Counted from the stretch's first letter, positions 34,118-43,830 are shown. The stretch is DNA of 57,881 bases from Candidatus Uhrbacteria bacterium (GCA_016215325.1 JACRJV010000012.1:1-57881), one strand, 5' to 3'. Notes: generated from the sequence alone by a model not told the origin. Numbers and translations are program-made.

Positions 34118-34420
34118 ATGCATACAAAACGGCAGTATCACTGGGAAAATCAGGAAACAAAGGAGTTATTCCAAGCGGTCACAAAGCTCCAAAACGCTGA
34201 TGAATCGCACCGATTTTTTCGCGACCTTTGCACACCCGAGGAAATAGATGAGATGGCCCGTCGATGGCAGGTGGCGCAACGGCTTGCAAAGAAGCAATCG
34301 TATCGAAAAATTGCCCGAGACGTTGAAGTGAGCACCGCCACGGTGAGCCGAGTTGCACAATGGCTGTATTCGGGCAAAGGAGGCTACCAGTTAATATTAA
34401 AGCGGTTACACCTCACTTGA
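34118..34420 (+). CDS. TrpR-like YerC/YecD family DNA-binding protein
   Basis: LFQAVTKLQNADESHRFFRDLCTPEEIDEMARRWQVAQRLAKKQSYRKIARDVEVSTATVSRV is the YerC/YecD signature. Confidence 0.85.
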   Translation: MHTKRQYHWENQETKELFQAVTKLQNADESHRFFRDLCTPEEIDEMARRWQVAQRLAKKQSYRKIARDVEVSTATVSRVAQWLYSGKGGYQLILKRLHLT

Positions 34421-34674
34421 TGTCAAGAATTATATTGGTTATGTATCAATGTATTAATACGTTAGCACAAAGCAAATTGTTCATTACTTCCCATCATTAC
34501 AACCGTTCTCGTTTGAGAAAGGGTTGTGGTTAATGTTGAGTGCTCTTCTGTATTGTTTACTCCAACCCCTTCTCCAACGAGAAGGGGTTTTGTTTTCCCG
34601 CACTCGGGAAGGCGCTCCGCATCTGCGGAGTCTCCCCACGAGAGAGCTCGAGTACGTTGACAAGGAGGTTGGTC

Positions 34675-34965
34675 TTGAAGATCAGGTCGTTGCGCGACAT
34701 CGAGCGCGTGCGCTCGATTATCGGGGATGAGAATGCGGATGCCGCCACAAAAGCGCACCGCGATGGTTGTCAGCAATGGATATTTACCTCGCAGGATGAA
34801 GTGGACCGATCGCGCTCGTTGAACTCAGCCGAGCGCGAATTCTGCCGTAAGAGGTTCTCGGATGGCGAGCCGTACGCGGGGATCTGCCGCAGTCGTAATA
34901 CGTCCGCACCGTTGGGACGCGCGTTGTTTATCCGCGGTCCTCTTACCGGGAACTGGAGTCACTGA
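34675..34965 (+). CDS. Hypothetical small protein (high-GC)
   Basis: Within track ORF 34540..34965. I placed the start at TTG 34675, after cAAGGAGGttggtc. No family recognised. Confidence 0.35.
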   Translation: MKIRSLRDIERVRSIIGDENADAATKAHRDGCQQWIFTSQDEVDRSRSLNSAEREFCRKRFSDGEPYAGICRSRNTSAPLGRALFIRGPLTGNWSH

Positions 34966-34983
34966 CACGGATCGGAGGAATTC

Positions 34984-35394
34984 ATGAGCGCACGAACGAA
35001 GAAGGATCGGGAGAAGTTCAAGGTCTCGATGGAGCAATCTCAGCGATCGATGCGGGTCAAGTCGCTGGATGAACTCGAGCGCCTGCGCGAGCATTGCGAC
35101 CAAGGCAACTATCAGAACTTTCGAAGGGTACTGGAGTGCGGTGGCGAAGTGTATTTCTTCCGCGACGAGGCAGACTTGCAGAACTGCACCGATGACCTCC
35201 GGCCGGAGGAATTGCGGGATCTCTACCAGCTCTACTACCAGCAGATGAAGCCGGTGTGGCTCTATCGGGCGCCTAAGCGCCGTATCAAGATCCCGGGGTT
35301 GACGCAGGTCGGCCCGGATGGGCGCGGGGGTTTCTATGACGCTCACGGCAACTACCACAGCGGCGGGGGGTCCTCGCACGGCGGGATTCATTAG
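34984..35394 (+). CDS. Hypothetical protein (high-GC, Gly/His-rich tail)
   Basis: SD cGGAGGaattcATG. 136 aa, followed by a nested-hairpin terminator at about 35470-35520. Confidence 0.45.
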   Translation: MSARTKKDREKFKVSMEQSQRSMRVKSLDELERLREHCDQGNYQNFRRVLECGGEVYFFRDEADLQNCTDDLRPEELRDLYQLYYQQMKPVWLYRAPKRRIKIPGLTQVGPDGRGGFYDAHGNYHSGGGSSHGGIH

Positions 35395-35547
35395 AGTCCG
35401 TGTCATGCTGGCTTGATCAGCATCTAATTCGACGCCACCGGATCCTGGCCAAGCCAGGATGACGATTTTGGACGGCTCGCTGTACAGGGTTCAACCCCCT
35501 GCGCTGCGAGTCGTTTTCTTATACCTTTTTTGTTACAATTCGTGCAT

Positions 35548-35784
35548 ATGCAATGGAATCACAAGGACATTTTCCTTACGACTGTAATCGGGCTTTGCAT
35601 CATTGGCCTCGTCTTATTTATTGCCAGCCAAAGGATCGAATCCAACGATCTCGAGGTGCCAGCGAACGCTGTGGTTTGTGGTGGTCCTACCAAGGTAAAA
35701 TGCCAGAAGCAGTATATTTGTCGATATGATATCGTGGGGGGAAAGAAACAAGATACTGGCATTTGCGTGTTGCGGCAGAAATGA
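35548..35784 (+). CDS. Small secreted/membrane-anchored Cys-rich protein
   Basis: MQWNHKDIFLTTVIGLCIIGLVLFIAS, then a 4-Cys C-terminal region. Low-GC segment. Confidence 0.4.
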   Translation: MQWNHKDIFLTTVIGLCIIGLVLFIASQRIESNDLEVPANAVVCGGPTKVKCQKQYICRYDIVGGKKQDTGICVLRQK

Positions 35785-35980
35785 TACCTTCTGATTCCGT
35801 TTTGATTTAGGGTTTCAGCCAAGTCAGAGTCTTGTGAACAGGCCCAGATATGTGTCTTTTTTGACCTATTTTGGCCCATTTGCCCCCTTGATTTTTAGGC
35901 TGTTTCTTGCTATAGTGTTCGGTCCGGCTACAACGAAGCCGGTATGGATGCATGCGCATCCTGACAGAAAGGAGAATGCC

Positions 35981-37447
35981 TTGAAGAAGAGCTTCAACGG
36001 CAACCAGTTCTTGTCTCTCGTCGTCGTCATCCTCGTCGCCATGGTCATCGGCGGCTGCGGAGGAGGCGGGGGCGGAGGCGCCTCGGGAGGAGGCGGGGGC
36101 ACAGCGCTGCCCTCCAAGACGTTCGACGTCACGATCGACGTCACGTCGACGCTCTCCGCGTTCCCGACTTCGACCGCCGTCGCGTACGGGGAATTTCCCG
36201 ACGCGGCGCATCCGGTCAATTACCCGCTCGACCCGTCGCAGTGGACCAGCGTCGAGCGAGTCGACGCTACTCACTTGCGGATCCGCGCCAAGGCCGCCCC
36301 GGGCCGTCACACCTTCAACGTGCTGTTCGGTGCGGCCCCCGGTACGTGGCTGGATCGGATCAATGGGGTCGTCGCGTCGATCGGAAACGTCGCCGTCGAC
36401 TTCGTGGACAACAATTTTGGCAATGGTAGCCGAAGTCTTGTGTTCACGATCAACGACTCCGGGGGGCCGGTCGGCACTGTCATCACTCCGCCCTCGGGCG
36501 GGGGTGTCACCTCCGTGGCGGGCGCTCTCGCGCTTACCATGGGGTTTCAGTGGATCGGTTCCCCGCGGGACAGCAGCACGCCGGTTTTGTACGGTGAGAT
36601 CCCTACCGCCCAGGATCCGCGCTGGCCCGGCTCGGATTCCTCCAGCCGCTATACGGTGCAGCGGCTGGACAATGGCCAGCGGTTCAAGTTCGGCACGACC
36701 GCTGTCCCCGGTCGGCACGAAACCAACTTCCTCGTGGGGCCGTTGTCGGGCAATCTCTTTGGAGATTTGCTCGTCCGGCTCACGCAGGGAATCGCCACCG
36801 TGGGTGGGGTGGTTCCGCAGCTCGTTTCCAACGAGCTCGGCGGTTTCAACTTTGCCTGGTGGTTCACGACCACCGGCGAAGTCGCTCCCGCCCCTGGGCT
36901 ACTCACCGTCTTCGGAGACTCGGTGGATGCGACGGGGCTGATCAGGGTCAAGCTCTACGCCAGCACAATCGCGGGAGCTATCGGGTATCAGTTCCTGATC
37001 GCCACCGGTCAGGACACCGTGGGTCAGACCATCAATACCACCAGCCCGGTGGCGGAGGTTCTGTTGCCGGCATCGCAGCCGGTGAGAGTTAAAGTGGTGG
37101 CGAGCACCACGAACCCTTCGACGGTTGCGCCAGTCCGGGTGGTCGCGTTCCCTGGCATTCCGGTCACCATCGTCGCCCGCTGGGACGCCGACCCCGGTGT
37201 GGTCACCATGCTGGGTGGACTGCCCATCAACGGCGTGTTCAACGCTGCCGGGATTCCCGTGGCGGGCTCGGGTCTCACCCGGACGTTCGTCACTCAAGTC
37301 CCGGTCGGTCAGTTCAGTTGCCAGTTGACGTCGTCGGCCAGCAGGTCGCTGATCCAGGCGACCGTCAACGGGACGACCATCCAGGCCGGCACCACGGGCG
37401 CGTGCTCCTTCTCCGTCCTTCACTCGACGGCCATCCGCGCCCCGTGA
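35981..37447 (+). CDS. Lipoprotein with poly-Gly linker and an internally duplicated ~135-aa beta-rich domain
   Basis: aaaGGAGaatgccTTG start. The lipobox is LVAMVIGGC, followed by GGGGGGGASGGGGG. YGEFPDAAHP..APGRHTFNVLFG (about 36185) is repeated as YGEIPTAQDP..VPGRHETNFLVG (about 36590). GC is about 63%. Confidence 0.6.
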   Translation: MKKSFNGNQFLSLVVVILVAMVIGGCGGGGGGGASGGGGGTALPSKTFDVTIDVTSTLSAFPTSTAVAYGEFPDAAHPVNYPLDPSQWTSVERVDATHLRIRAKAAPGRHTFNVLFGAAPGTWLDRINGVVASIGNVAVDFVDNNFGNGSRSLVFTINDSGGPVGTVITPPSGGGVTSVAGALALTMGFQWIGSPRDSSTPVLYGEIPTAQDPRWPGSDSSSRYTVQRLDNGQRFKFGTTAVPGRHETNFLVGPLSGNLFGDLLVRLTQGIATVGGVVPQLVSNELGGFNFAWWFTTTGEVAPAPGLLTVFGDSVDATGLIRVKLYASTIAGAIGYQFLIATGQDTVGQTINTTSPVAEVLLPASQPVRVKVVASTTNPSTVAPVRVVAFPGIPVTIVARWDADPGVVTMLGGLPINGVFNAAGIPVAGSGLTRTFVTQVPVGQFSCQLTSSASRSLIQATVNGTTIQAGTTGACSFSVLHSTAIRAP

Positions 37448-37607
37448 TTACGCCGTCCGGCCCTTCCGGGGGCCGGCATTCGGCAACCGCGCAGATCGCT
37501 CGAGGACCTCCCCAACGGTGGTTCTCGGCGGTTTGCGCGGTGTTTTTATTTTTTTGGCATGCATGCTATAGTTTCTCTGCATTCAGTATTCTATTCCTTC
37601 CGATCGT

Positions 37608-37892
37608 ATGCTTACCTCCGAAGAAATCAAACAAATTGGCCAAGAAGTTGCGAGGGTAATTGAGGACAATATTAACCCTCAATTCGAGACTCTGCGCACA
37701 GATATTCAAGAAATCCGCGGTGATATTAAAGACATTCGCAGTACAATGGTCACGAAAGACTATCTTGATGAAAAGCTTGCTCAACAAAAGCAACTGCGAT
37801 CCCTTGTCGATTTGCTACAGGCAAAACAGGTGATTTCTTCTGATGAAGCCAAGCGGTTGTTTATCATAGATCCATTCCCGCAGGCATCGTAA
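37608..37892 (+). CDS. Hypothetical coiled-coil protein
   Basis: 94-aa ORF with core-like GC. It is flanked by duplicated terminator-promoter modules at 37526-37550 and 37937-37964. Confidence 0.45.
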   Translation: MLTSEEIKQIGQEVARVIEDNINPQFETLRTDIQEIRGDIKDIRSTMVTKDYLDEKLAQQKQLRSLVDLLQAKQVISSDEAKRLFIIDPFPQAS

Positions 37893-37987
37893 TGATATTG
37901 GGTGGCCGTCCCACTCTTAATGTCAACTGTCGAAAACGCCGCGGTTTGCGCGGTGTTTTATTTTCGGGTACTCTATAGGTACTTCAT

Positions 37988-38773
37988 ATGGTCATTCCTA
38001 TTAAAACAGATCAGGAAATTTGGAAGATGCGCGAAGGTGGCAGGCTCCTGGCAACGATCATGGGAGAACTTCGGCAAATGGTAGAACCAGGAATTTCCAC
38101 CCAACAACTCGAAGACCATTTTAATAAACGACTTGGGCAGCTCGATGCCCGCACAGCGTTCAAGGGATATAAGAATTCGCCCAGCGCTCCGCCCTTCCCC
38201 TCCAGCCTTTGCACCTGTATTAATGCAGAAGTGGTCCATGCGCCGGCGCTGCCGGGACGCGTGGTCAAAGAAGGAGATTTGCTCTCGATTGATGCCGGAC
38301 TCATTTTCCCCAAAGACAATGGGCTGTATGTGGATATGGCGGTGACGGTGCCGGTGAGCTCGGTAAATGAGCGCCTGCTTAAACTCATTGCTGTCGCAAA
38401 GCAATCTTGCGAAGAAACGATTGCGTCGCTCAAGCCCGGCATGAGCGTGCGCGATATTTCAAAATCAGTCCAACACATTGTGCAAGCGAATGGGTTTGCT
38501 ATTGTCAAAGAGTTTGTGGGGCACGGGGTAGGGAAGAAGCTCCACGAAGAACCCCAGATTCCGAATTATGTTGACCGCCGGTTCCCCAACTTCCCACTTG
38601 ATCGCGGTATGTGCTTGGCGATCGAACCGATGATCGCGGTGGGTAGCGCAGATGTTGAAATACTGTCGGATGGCTGGACGGCCGTGACTGCCGACGGGAG
38701 TATGAGTGCGCATTGGGAGCACACAATCGTGGTTACTCCAGAGGGAGCTGAAGTACTCACAAAAGTGAATTAG
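37988..38773 (+). CDS. map: Methionine aminopeptidase, type I
   Basis: IKTDQEIWKMREGGRL...DLLSIDAG...GHGVGKKLHEEP...LAIEPM...HWEHT carries the metal ligands. Confidence 0.95.
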   Translation: MVIPIKTDQEIWKMREGGRLLATIMGELRQMVEPGISTQQLEDHFNKRLGQLDARTAFKGYKNSPSAPPFPSSLCTCINAEVVHAPALPGRVVKEGDLLSIDAGLIFPKDNGLYVDMAVTVPVSSVNERLLKLIAVAKQSCEETIASLKPGMSVRDISKSVQHIVQANGFAIVKEFVGHGVGKKLHEEPQIPNYVDRRFPNFPLDRGMCLAIEPMIAVGSADVEILSDGWTAVTADGSMSAHWEHTIVVTPEGAEVLTKVN

Positions 38774-38802
38774 TGGAGTTTATCGGACCAACAAGATATC
38801 TT

Positions 38803-38897
38803 TAATTTTCAATTATCAATTTCCAATTTTTAATGAATGACTTAATTTTAAAACATTGAAAATTCAATGAAAATTATAAATTGAAAATTGAAAATTT
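38803..38897. repeat. Heptamer-phased AT-rich dyad block after map
   Basis: aattttc aattatc aatttcc aattttt ... attgaaa attcaat gaaaatt ... gaaaatt gaaaatt. Confidence 0.7.
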
Positions 38898-38898
38898 T

Positions 38899-39288
38899 AT
38901 GCGCTATCTCGGCATCGACTACGGTACGCAGCGGATCGGCTTGGCGCTTGGCAGCAACGAAACGTCCGCGGTGCCCTTATCAGTGATCAGCGAACAGGGA
39001 TCAGTGATCACTGCAGTAATAGATATTATTAAAAAAGAAGGGATTGATGTGGTGGTGATCGGCAAGCCGCAACACATGCATGGTAAGGGTGATGGAGAAA
39101 TTGAAAAGGAGATCCAGAAGTTTATTGCAGATCTCCAATCGCGAACTACTATTATCGTCGAGCGCGTTGATGAGCGCCTTACGAGCAAAGCTGCCGATGC
39201 GATGAAAAAAGAATTCGGTGGTTCGGGGCAACGGGATGCCGTGGCAGCGATGCTGATTCTTGATTCTTATTTACAACGGAAGAAATAA
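38899..39288 (+). CDS. ruvX: Holliday-junction-resolvase-like pre-16S rRNA nuclease RuvX/YqgF
   Basis: MRYLGIDYGTQRIGLALG...VVVIGKP...DERLTS. Confidence 0.88.
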   Translation: MRYLGIDYGTQRIGLALGSNETSAVPLSVISEQGSVITAVIDIIKKEGIDVVVIGKPQHMHGKGDGEIEKEIQKFIADLQSRTTIIVERVDERLTSKAADAMKKEFGGSGQRDAVAAMLILDSYLQRKK

Positions 39289-39294
39289 TAACTT

Positions 39295-41112
39295 ATGTCC
39301 AATCTTCAAGATCTCGCAAAACTAGTTCGATACTATAGTTTGCTCTGTTCCACATTGGCCGGATCTGGGCATCCGACGTCTTCGTTGTCTGCCGCAGATC
39401 TGCTCACCACCATCTTGTTTGGTGGATTTTTCCGATACAATCCCGCGGACCCTGCGTACGCCAACAATGACCGCCTTATTTTTTCTAAGGGCCATGCTTC
39501 ACCCCTCTTTTATGCGCTTTGGACCGTTGCGGGGGTCATCACCGAAGATGAGCTCAAGACTTATCGCACATTTGGAAGTACTCTCGAGGGGCATCCGACT
39601 CCACGATTCCGATGGGCAGAAGCAGCCACAGGGTCACTGGGCCAGGGCCTCTCGATCGGCGCTGGTATGGCGCTGAACGCAACATATATTGATCATCTCC
39701 CATACCGCACCTGGGTGTTGCTGGGCGATAGCGAGATGGCCGAAGGATCCGTATGGGAAGCAATAGAGTTTGCCGCGCACCGGAAGCTCAATAACTTGGT
39801 TGGTATTATTGACGTGAACCGTTTGGGGCAACGCGGCCCCACGATGGTAGAACATCATTGCGAATTCTATCGTGCCCGATGCGAGTCCTTTGGGTGGAAG
39901 GCTATTGTGATCGATGGACATGACCTCCCGGCGATTGAGCGCGCGTGCACCGAAGCGGTCCAGAGTTCGGACCAACCCGTGATGATCATTGCTCGGACGC
40001 TCAAAGGTAAAGGCGTAAGCTTTATCGAAGACAAAGAAGGATGGCACGGGAAAGCCTTGACCAAAGAAGATTTTGACCGGGCGGTAAAAGAATTTGGAAC
40101 ATTGGATACATCGTTGCGCGGCAATCTTGCGAAGCCAGAGCAACTATCGGCGACTCCATCGGCGATCGCGCCATCGGATCTTGCCCTACCAACCAAGGAT
40201 ATTGCAACTCGGAAGGCCTATGGTGACGCGTTGGCGCGGTTGCTGCCAATGTACCCCCAGATTGTTGCGCTGGACGCTGAGGTGAGCAACTCCACCTATG
40301 CCGAAGACTTTGGCAAACGCCACCCCGACAATTTTTTTGAAATGTATATTGCAGAGCAGAACATGGTTGGGGTTGCATTGGGGTTGAGCCTGCGTGGCAA
40401 GATCCCATTTGTTTCGAGCTTTGCGGCATTCTTGAGCCGGGCGTTTGACCAAATCCGTATGAGCCAATATTCGGGCGCCAACATCAAGTTCGTTGGTTCC
40501 CATGCCGGAGTTTCTATCGGGGAAGACGGGCCGAGTCAGATGGCGTTGGAGGACCTTGCAATGTTCCGAAGCATTCGCGAAAGTGTTGTGTTCTACCCCA
40601 GCGATGGCATGAGCGCGCACCGGTTGATCGCGTTGGCAGCCAAGCACCGCGGGATTGTCTATGTGCGCATGAGTCGCCCGGTGACACCGCTCTTGTATAA
40701 TGAGTCAGAACAATTTGCGATTGGGGGGAGTAAAACGCTGCGTTCCAGTCCGAGCGATGTTGTGACTGTTATCGCGGCCGGGGTAACACTCGTCGAGGCA
40801 CTCAAGGCCTACGACTTGCTGCAGAAAGAGGGGGTCGCAATCCGCGTCATTGATTTATATAGCATTAAGCCGGTTGATGCCGCGGCACTCCAAAAGGCCG
40901 CAGTCGAAACAACGGCATTGATTACGGTTGAAGACCATTATCCCGACGGCGGCATTGCCGATGTAGTGCGAGCAGCCATCAGCACCCCCGTGTACTCACT
41001 CGCCGTCAAGAAATTGCCCATGAGCGGCAAACCCGATGAACTACTGCATTACGAAGAGATTGATGCAGAGGCGATCGTGAAAAAAGTGAAAGCAATTGTA
41101 GGAAACAGTTAA
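39295..41112 (+). CDS. tkt: Transketolase
   Basis: GSGHPTSSLSAADL, LLGDSEMAEGSVWEA, EQNMVGVA and GEDGPSQMALEDLAMFR. Confidence 0.93.
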   Translation: MSNLQDLAKLVRYYSLLCSTLAGSGHPTSSLSAADLLTTILFGGFFRYNPADPAYANNDRLIFSKGHASPLFYALWTVAGVITEDELKTYRTFGSTLEGHPTPRFRWAEAATGSLGQGLSIGAGMALNATYIDHLPYRTWVLLGDSEMAEGSVWEAIEFAAHRKLNNLVGIIDVNRLGQRGPTMVEHHCEFYRARCESFGWKAIVIDGHDLPAIERACTEAVQSSDQPVMIIARTLKGKGVSFIEDKEGWHGKALTKEDFDRAVKEFGTLDTSLRGNLAKPEQLSATPSAIAPSDLALPTKDIATRKAYGDALARLLPMYPQIVALDAEVSNSTYAEDFGKRHPDNFFEMYIAEQNMVGVALGLSLRGKIPFVSSFAAFLSRAFDQIRMSQYSGANIKFVGSHAGVSIGEDGPSQMALEDLAMFRSIRESVVFYPSDGMSAHRLIALAAKHRGIVYVRMSRPVTPLLYNESEQFAIGGSKTLRSSPSDVVTVIAAGVTLVEALKAYDLLQKEGVAIRVIDLYSIKPVDAAALQKAAVETTALITVEDHYPDGGIADVVRAAISTPVYSLAVKKLPMSGKPDELLHYEEIDAEAIVKKVKAIVGNS

Positions 41113-41201
41113 GTTTGGATTCAGAAATAAAATCAACGTGGATTCCGGATCAAGTCCGGAATGACAGACGGTCATCAACGCACGACTTTTAGAAATTCTG
41201 T

Positions 41202-42068
41202 ATGCGTCCTGCCAATCTCAACACCCGCATCTTCCTCGACGGTGGTGATCCGCAAGAAACTCGTTCGATCAAGGACCGACTTGGTTTTTTGGACGGCCAA
41301 ACGACCAACCCCACACTGATCTCCAAGAACCCCGAAGCAAAACACCACCTAGAATCTGGAAAGAAGTTTTCCAAGCGGGAAGTTTTTGAGTTTTATCAGA
41401 CGACCGTTCGGGAAATATCCGGCCTCATTCCGGACGGGTCGGTTTCCGTTGAAGTGTATGCTGATGCACAAACAACAGCGGAGGAAATGTTGATGCAGGG
41501 GCGTGAGATGTTCGGTTGGATTCCCAACGCCCACGTTAAGTACCCGTGCACGCGCGAAGGTCTTACGGCAGCGGAACAATCCGTAAAAGAAGGAATGCGG
41601 GTGAATTTGACGCTCGTGTTTAGCCAACAGCAAGCCGCGGCTGTGTATGCGGCAACAAAGGGCGCGAAAGAAGGTCAGGTGTTTCTGTCGCCCTTTATCG
41701 GCCGGTTGGATGATCGGGGAGAATGTGGACTCGATCTTCTCGCCAATATTATTCGCATGTATACAGAAGGGGATGGGCATGTGCAGGTGCTCACGGCGAG
41801 CGTCCGCACGCTTGATCATCTCATGGCGGCCATTGGGTTGAGTTCGGACATTGCGACGGTCCCGGGATCGATCCTTACCCAGTGGGCCGATGCGGGGTCT
41901 TCGACATCTGCACGGGGCCCTTACGATTGCGGCAGCCTCACGCCAATAGATTTTGAAGCGTTGTCATTGGCGCAACCGTGGCAGTCGTTTGACCTTCGAC
42001 ATTCATTAACAGATGTTGGCATTCAGAAATTTTCGTCAGACTGGAATCAACTCATCGCTCCTCATTAA
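41202..42068 (+). CDS. tal: Transaldolase family protein
   Basis: IFLDGGDP, GQTTNPTL, VKYPCT, NLTLVFS and LSPFIGRLDD. Confidence 0.88.
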   Translation: MRPANLNTRIFLDGGDPQETRSIKDRLGFLDGQTTNPTLISKNPEAKHHLESGKKFSKREVFEFYQTTVREISGLIPDGSVSVEVYADAQTTAEEMLMQGREMFGWIPNAHVKYPCTREGLTAAEQSVKEGMRVNLTLVFSQQQAAAVYAATKGAKEGQVFLSPFIGRLDDRGECGLDLLANIIRMYTEGDGHVQVLTASVRTLDHLMAAIGLSSDIATVPGSILTQWADAGSSTSARGPYDCGSLTPIDFEALSLAQPWQSFDLRHSLTDVGIQKFSSDWNQLIAPH

Positions 42069-42818
42069 TTGTGGATTGTGTTTGACTCTCAAGTCATCCT
42101 CTTGCGAAAACGCGTCTTCCGCGAGAATGATTATCTTTTGACGTTTTTTACGCAGCACGAAGGGAAGAAGACATTGTTGGGCCGCGGCATGCAAAACATG
42201 AGCAGCAAACTTGCCCCGCATTGTGCAGATTTTTTTGTTGTAAGCCGTATCCGGTGGGTACCGGGGAAATCCTTTGATACGATTACGAGCGCGACTGCAG
42301 AACAATCGATGGACGGGATCAGCACGGAGTTACTTCGGATTGGTGTTGGTTTCCAAGTCTTGGAATCCTTGGATCGCTGGACCAGAGACGACAATCCTGA
42401 GCCGCAACTGTGGAATGCGGTTATGACAGTACTCCAGCAGATCAGCACATCCGCCAGCCCCTGGCTTGTGGTCCAGGCGTTTTTCGTTCGAGCGCTCGCC
42501 CTCCTCGGTTGGAAGCTCCAGTTGGATCGATGTCTTGTCTGCCAATCTCCGGTTACGGCAGGGGCGCGATTGAACATATCAGCCGGGGGGGTGTGGTGCA
42601 CCCAGCAACATGGCGTTGCGTCCGCTACCGCGATTAGCCAAAATGACATCAATATATTAAAATACCTCCAGTCTGATCAATGGAACACCGTATCCACCGA
42701 TCAAGTAAAACCATTACTACCTATTATTCGTGAGAGTATCGATCTCCATCGGGAGCGCCCATGGTCCTCTGATCAATGGGTGAGCTGGGTGGGGCGCCAT
42801 GTCTATGCACGCGCATGA
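42069..42818 (+). CDS. recO: DNA repair protein RecO
   Basis: ILLRKRVFRENDYLLTFFTQHEGKKTLLGRG and the zinc motif CLVCQ are present. The start is uncertain (TTG 42069 or GTG 42078). Confidence 0.8.
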   Translation: MWIVFDSQVILLRKRVFRENDYLLTFFTQHEGKKTLLGRGMQNMSSKLAPHCADFFVVSRIRWVPGKSFDTITSATAEQSMDGISTELLRIGVGFQVLESLDRWTRDDNPEPQLWNAVMTVLQQISTSASPWLVVQAFFVRALALLGWKLQLDRCLVCQSPVTAGARLNISAGGVWCTQQHGVASATAISQNDINILKYLQSDQWNTVSTDQVKPLLPIIRESIDLHRERPWSSDQWVSWVGRHVYARA

Positions 42819-43830
42819 TTTGAACGATATCCGATTGTTCGCGCTCCCATCCCATCCCGCATGGGCCAAAGAGGCCGCCGATTTGTTAGGGATCCCATTG
42901 TCCCCCGTTCATGTGGAACAGTATCCGCTCGGACAATTCCGGATTCAGTTGGCTGATAATGTCCGTGAAAAGCGCGTTTGCATCATTGGTTCTACCGATG
43001 GGGATACGAATCGGACGTACGCAGAATTGGAACAAATGATTTCGGCGGCGAGCCGTACGGGCGCCGCGTCCGTCGATGTGGTGATGCCCTACTATGGGTA
43101 CGCACGTTCCGATAAAGAAAATCATCCGCGCGTCCCCATCATTGCCCGCATCAAAGCGGATATTCTTCAGACCGTTGGGGCAACGCGCATAACGTCGCTC
43201 AATATCCACAACCCCGCGATCCAAGGGTTCTTTAGCATTCCGTTTGCGCGGTTGGACATTACTCCGTTGATGATCCTGGCCCTCAAACAACTCTACGGCG
43301 CCAAGGGTGTCTTTACGTTTTCGAGCCCAGATCTTAAGGGCGGGGAGTTGGCAACGCCATTTGTAAAAGCCTTCCCGGGGTCGCACTTGGTGAGCATATG
43401 GAAAAAACGAGAGCAATCAGGGGAAACAAAAATCGTTGATATCATCGGTGAGGTGAACGGGCCAACAGTGCTCGTGGATGATGAAATTGCAACTGGCGGG
43501 TCCATGGCCAGCGCGGGTCGAGCCTTACACAAGCGCGGGGCAACGCATGTGGACTATGTTGCTGCCCATGGGATATTCAGCGGCGAGGCTTGGAAAAAAT
43601 TGCTTGCCACAAAACCACGGTATATTTTGGTATCTGATAGTGTGGAATTTATCCGTCCCAAGGGAGGAACGGGCAAGACAAAAGTTTTTGTGCTACCCAT
43701 AGCACCTATGATTGCGGAGGCAATCCGACGGAATATGTTTGGCGGCTCGATGCACGAGCTCCACGATTTGGCCTACTGGCAGCAGTGGTTTGCTGATCAC
43801 CCGGAATGTCCAATAATGAGGCCACTGTAA
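42799..43830 (+). CDS. prs: Ribose-phosphate pyrophosphokinase
   Basis: VVMPYYGYARSDK...LVDDEIATGGS (PRPP loop). Confidence 0.9.
   Translation: MSMHAHDLNDIRLFALPSHPAWAKEAADLLGIPLSPVHVEQYPLGQFRIQLADNVREKRVCIIGSTDGDTNRTYAELEQMISAASRTGAASVDVVMPYYGYARSDKENHPRVPIIARIKADILQTVGATRITSLNIHNPAIQGFFSIPFARLDITPLMILALKQLYGAKGVFTFSSPDLKGGELATPFVKAFPGSHLVSIWKKREQSGETKIVDIIGEVNGPTVLVDDEIATGGSMASAGRALHKRGATHVDYVAAHGIFSGEAWKKLLATKPRYILVSDSVEFIRPKGGTGKTKVFVLPIAPMIAEAIRRNMFGGSMHELHDLAYWQQWFADHPECPIMRPL

Noticed and set aside
35470-35520. T-arm-like CAGGGTTCAACCCCCTG as a tRNA fragment or att site
   Set aside because: It is the inner hairpin of a nested terminator (ACGGCTCGC...GCGAGTCGT-TTTC). No acceptor or CCA context is present.
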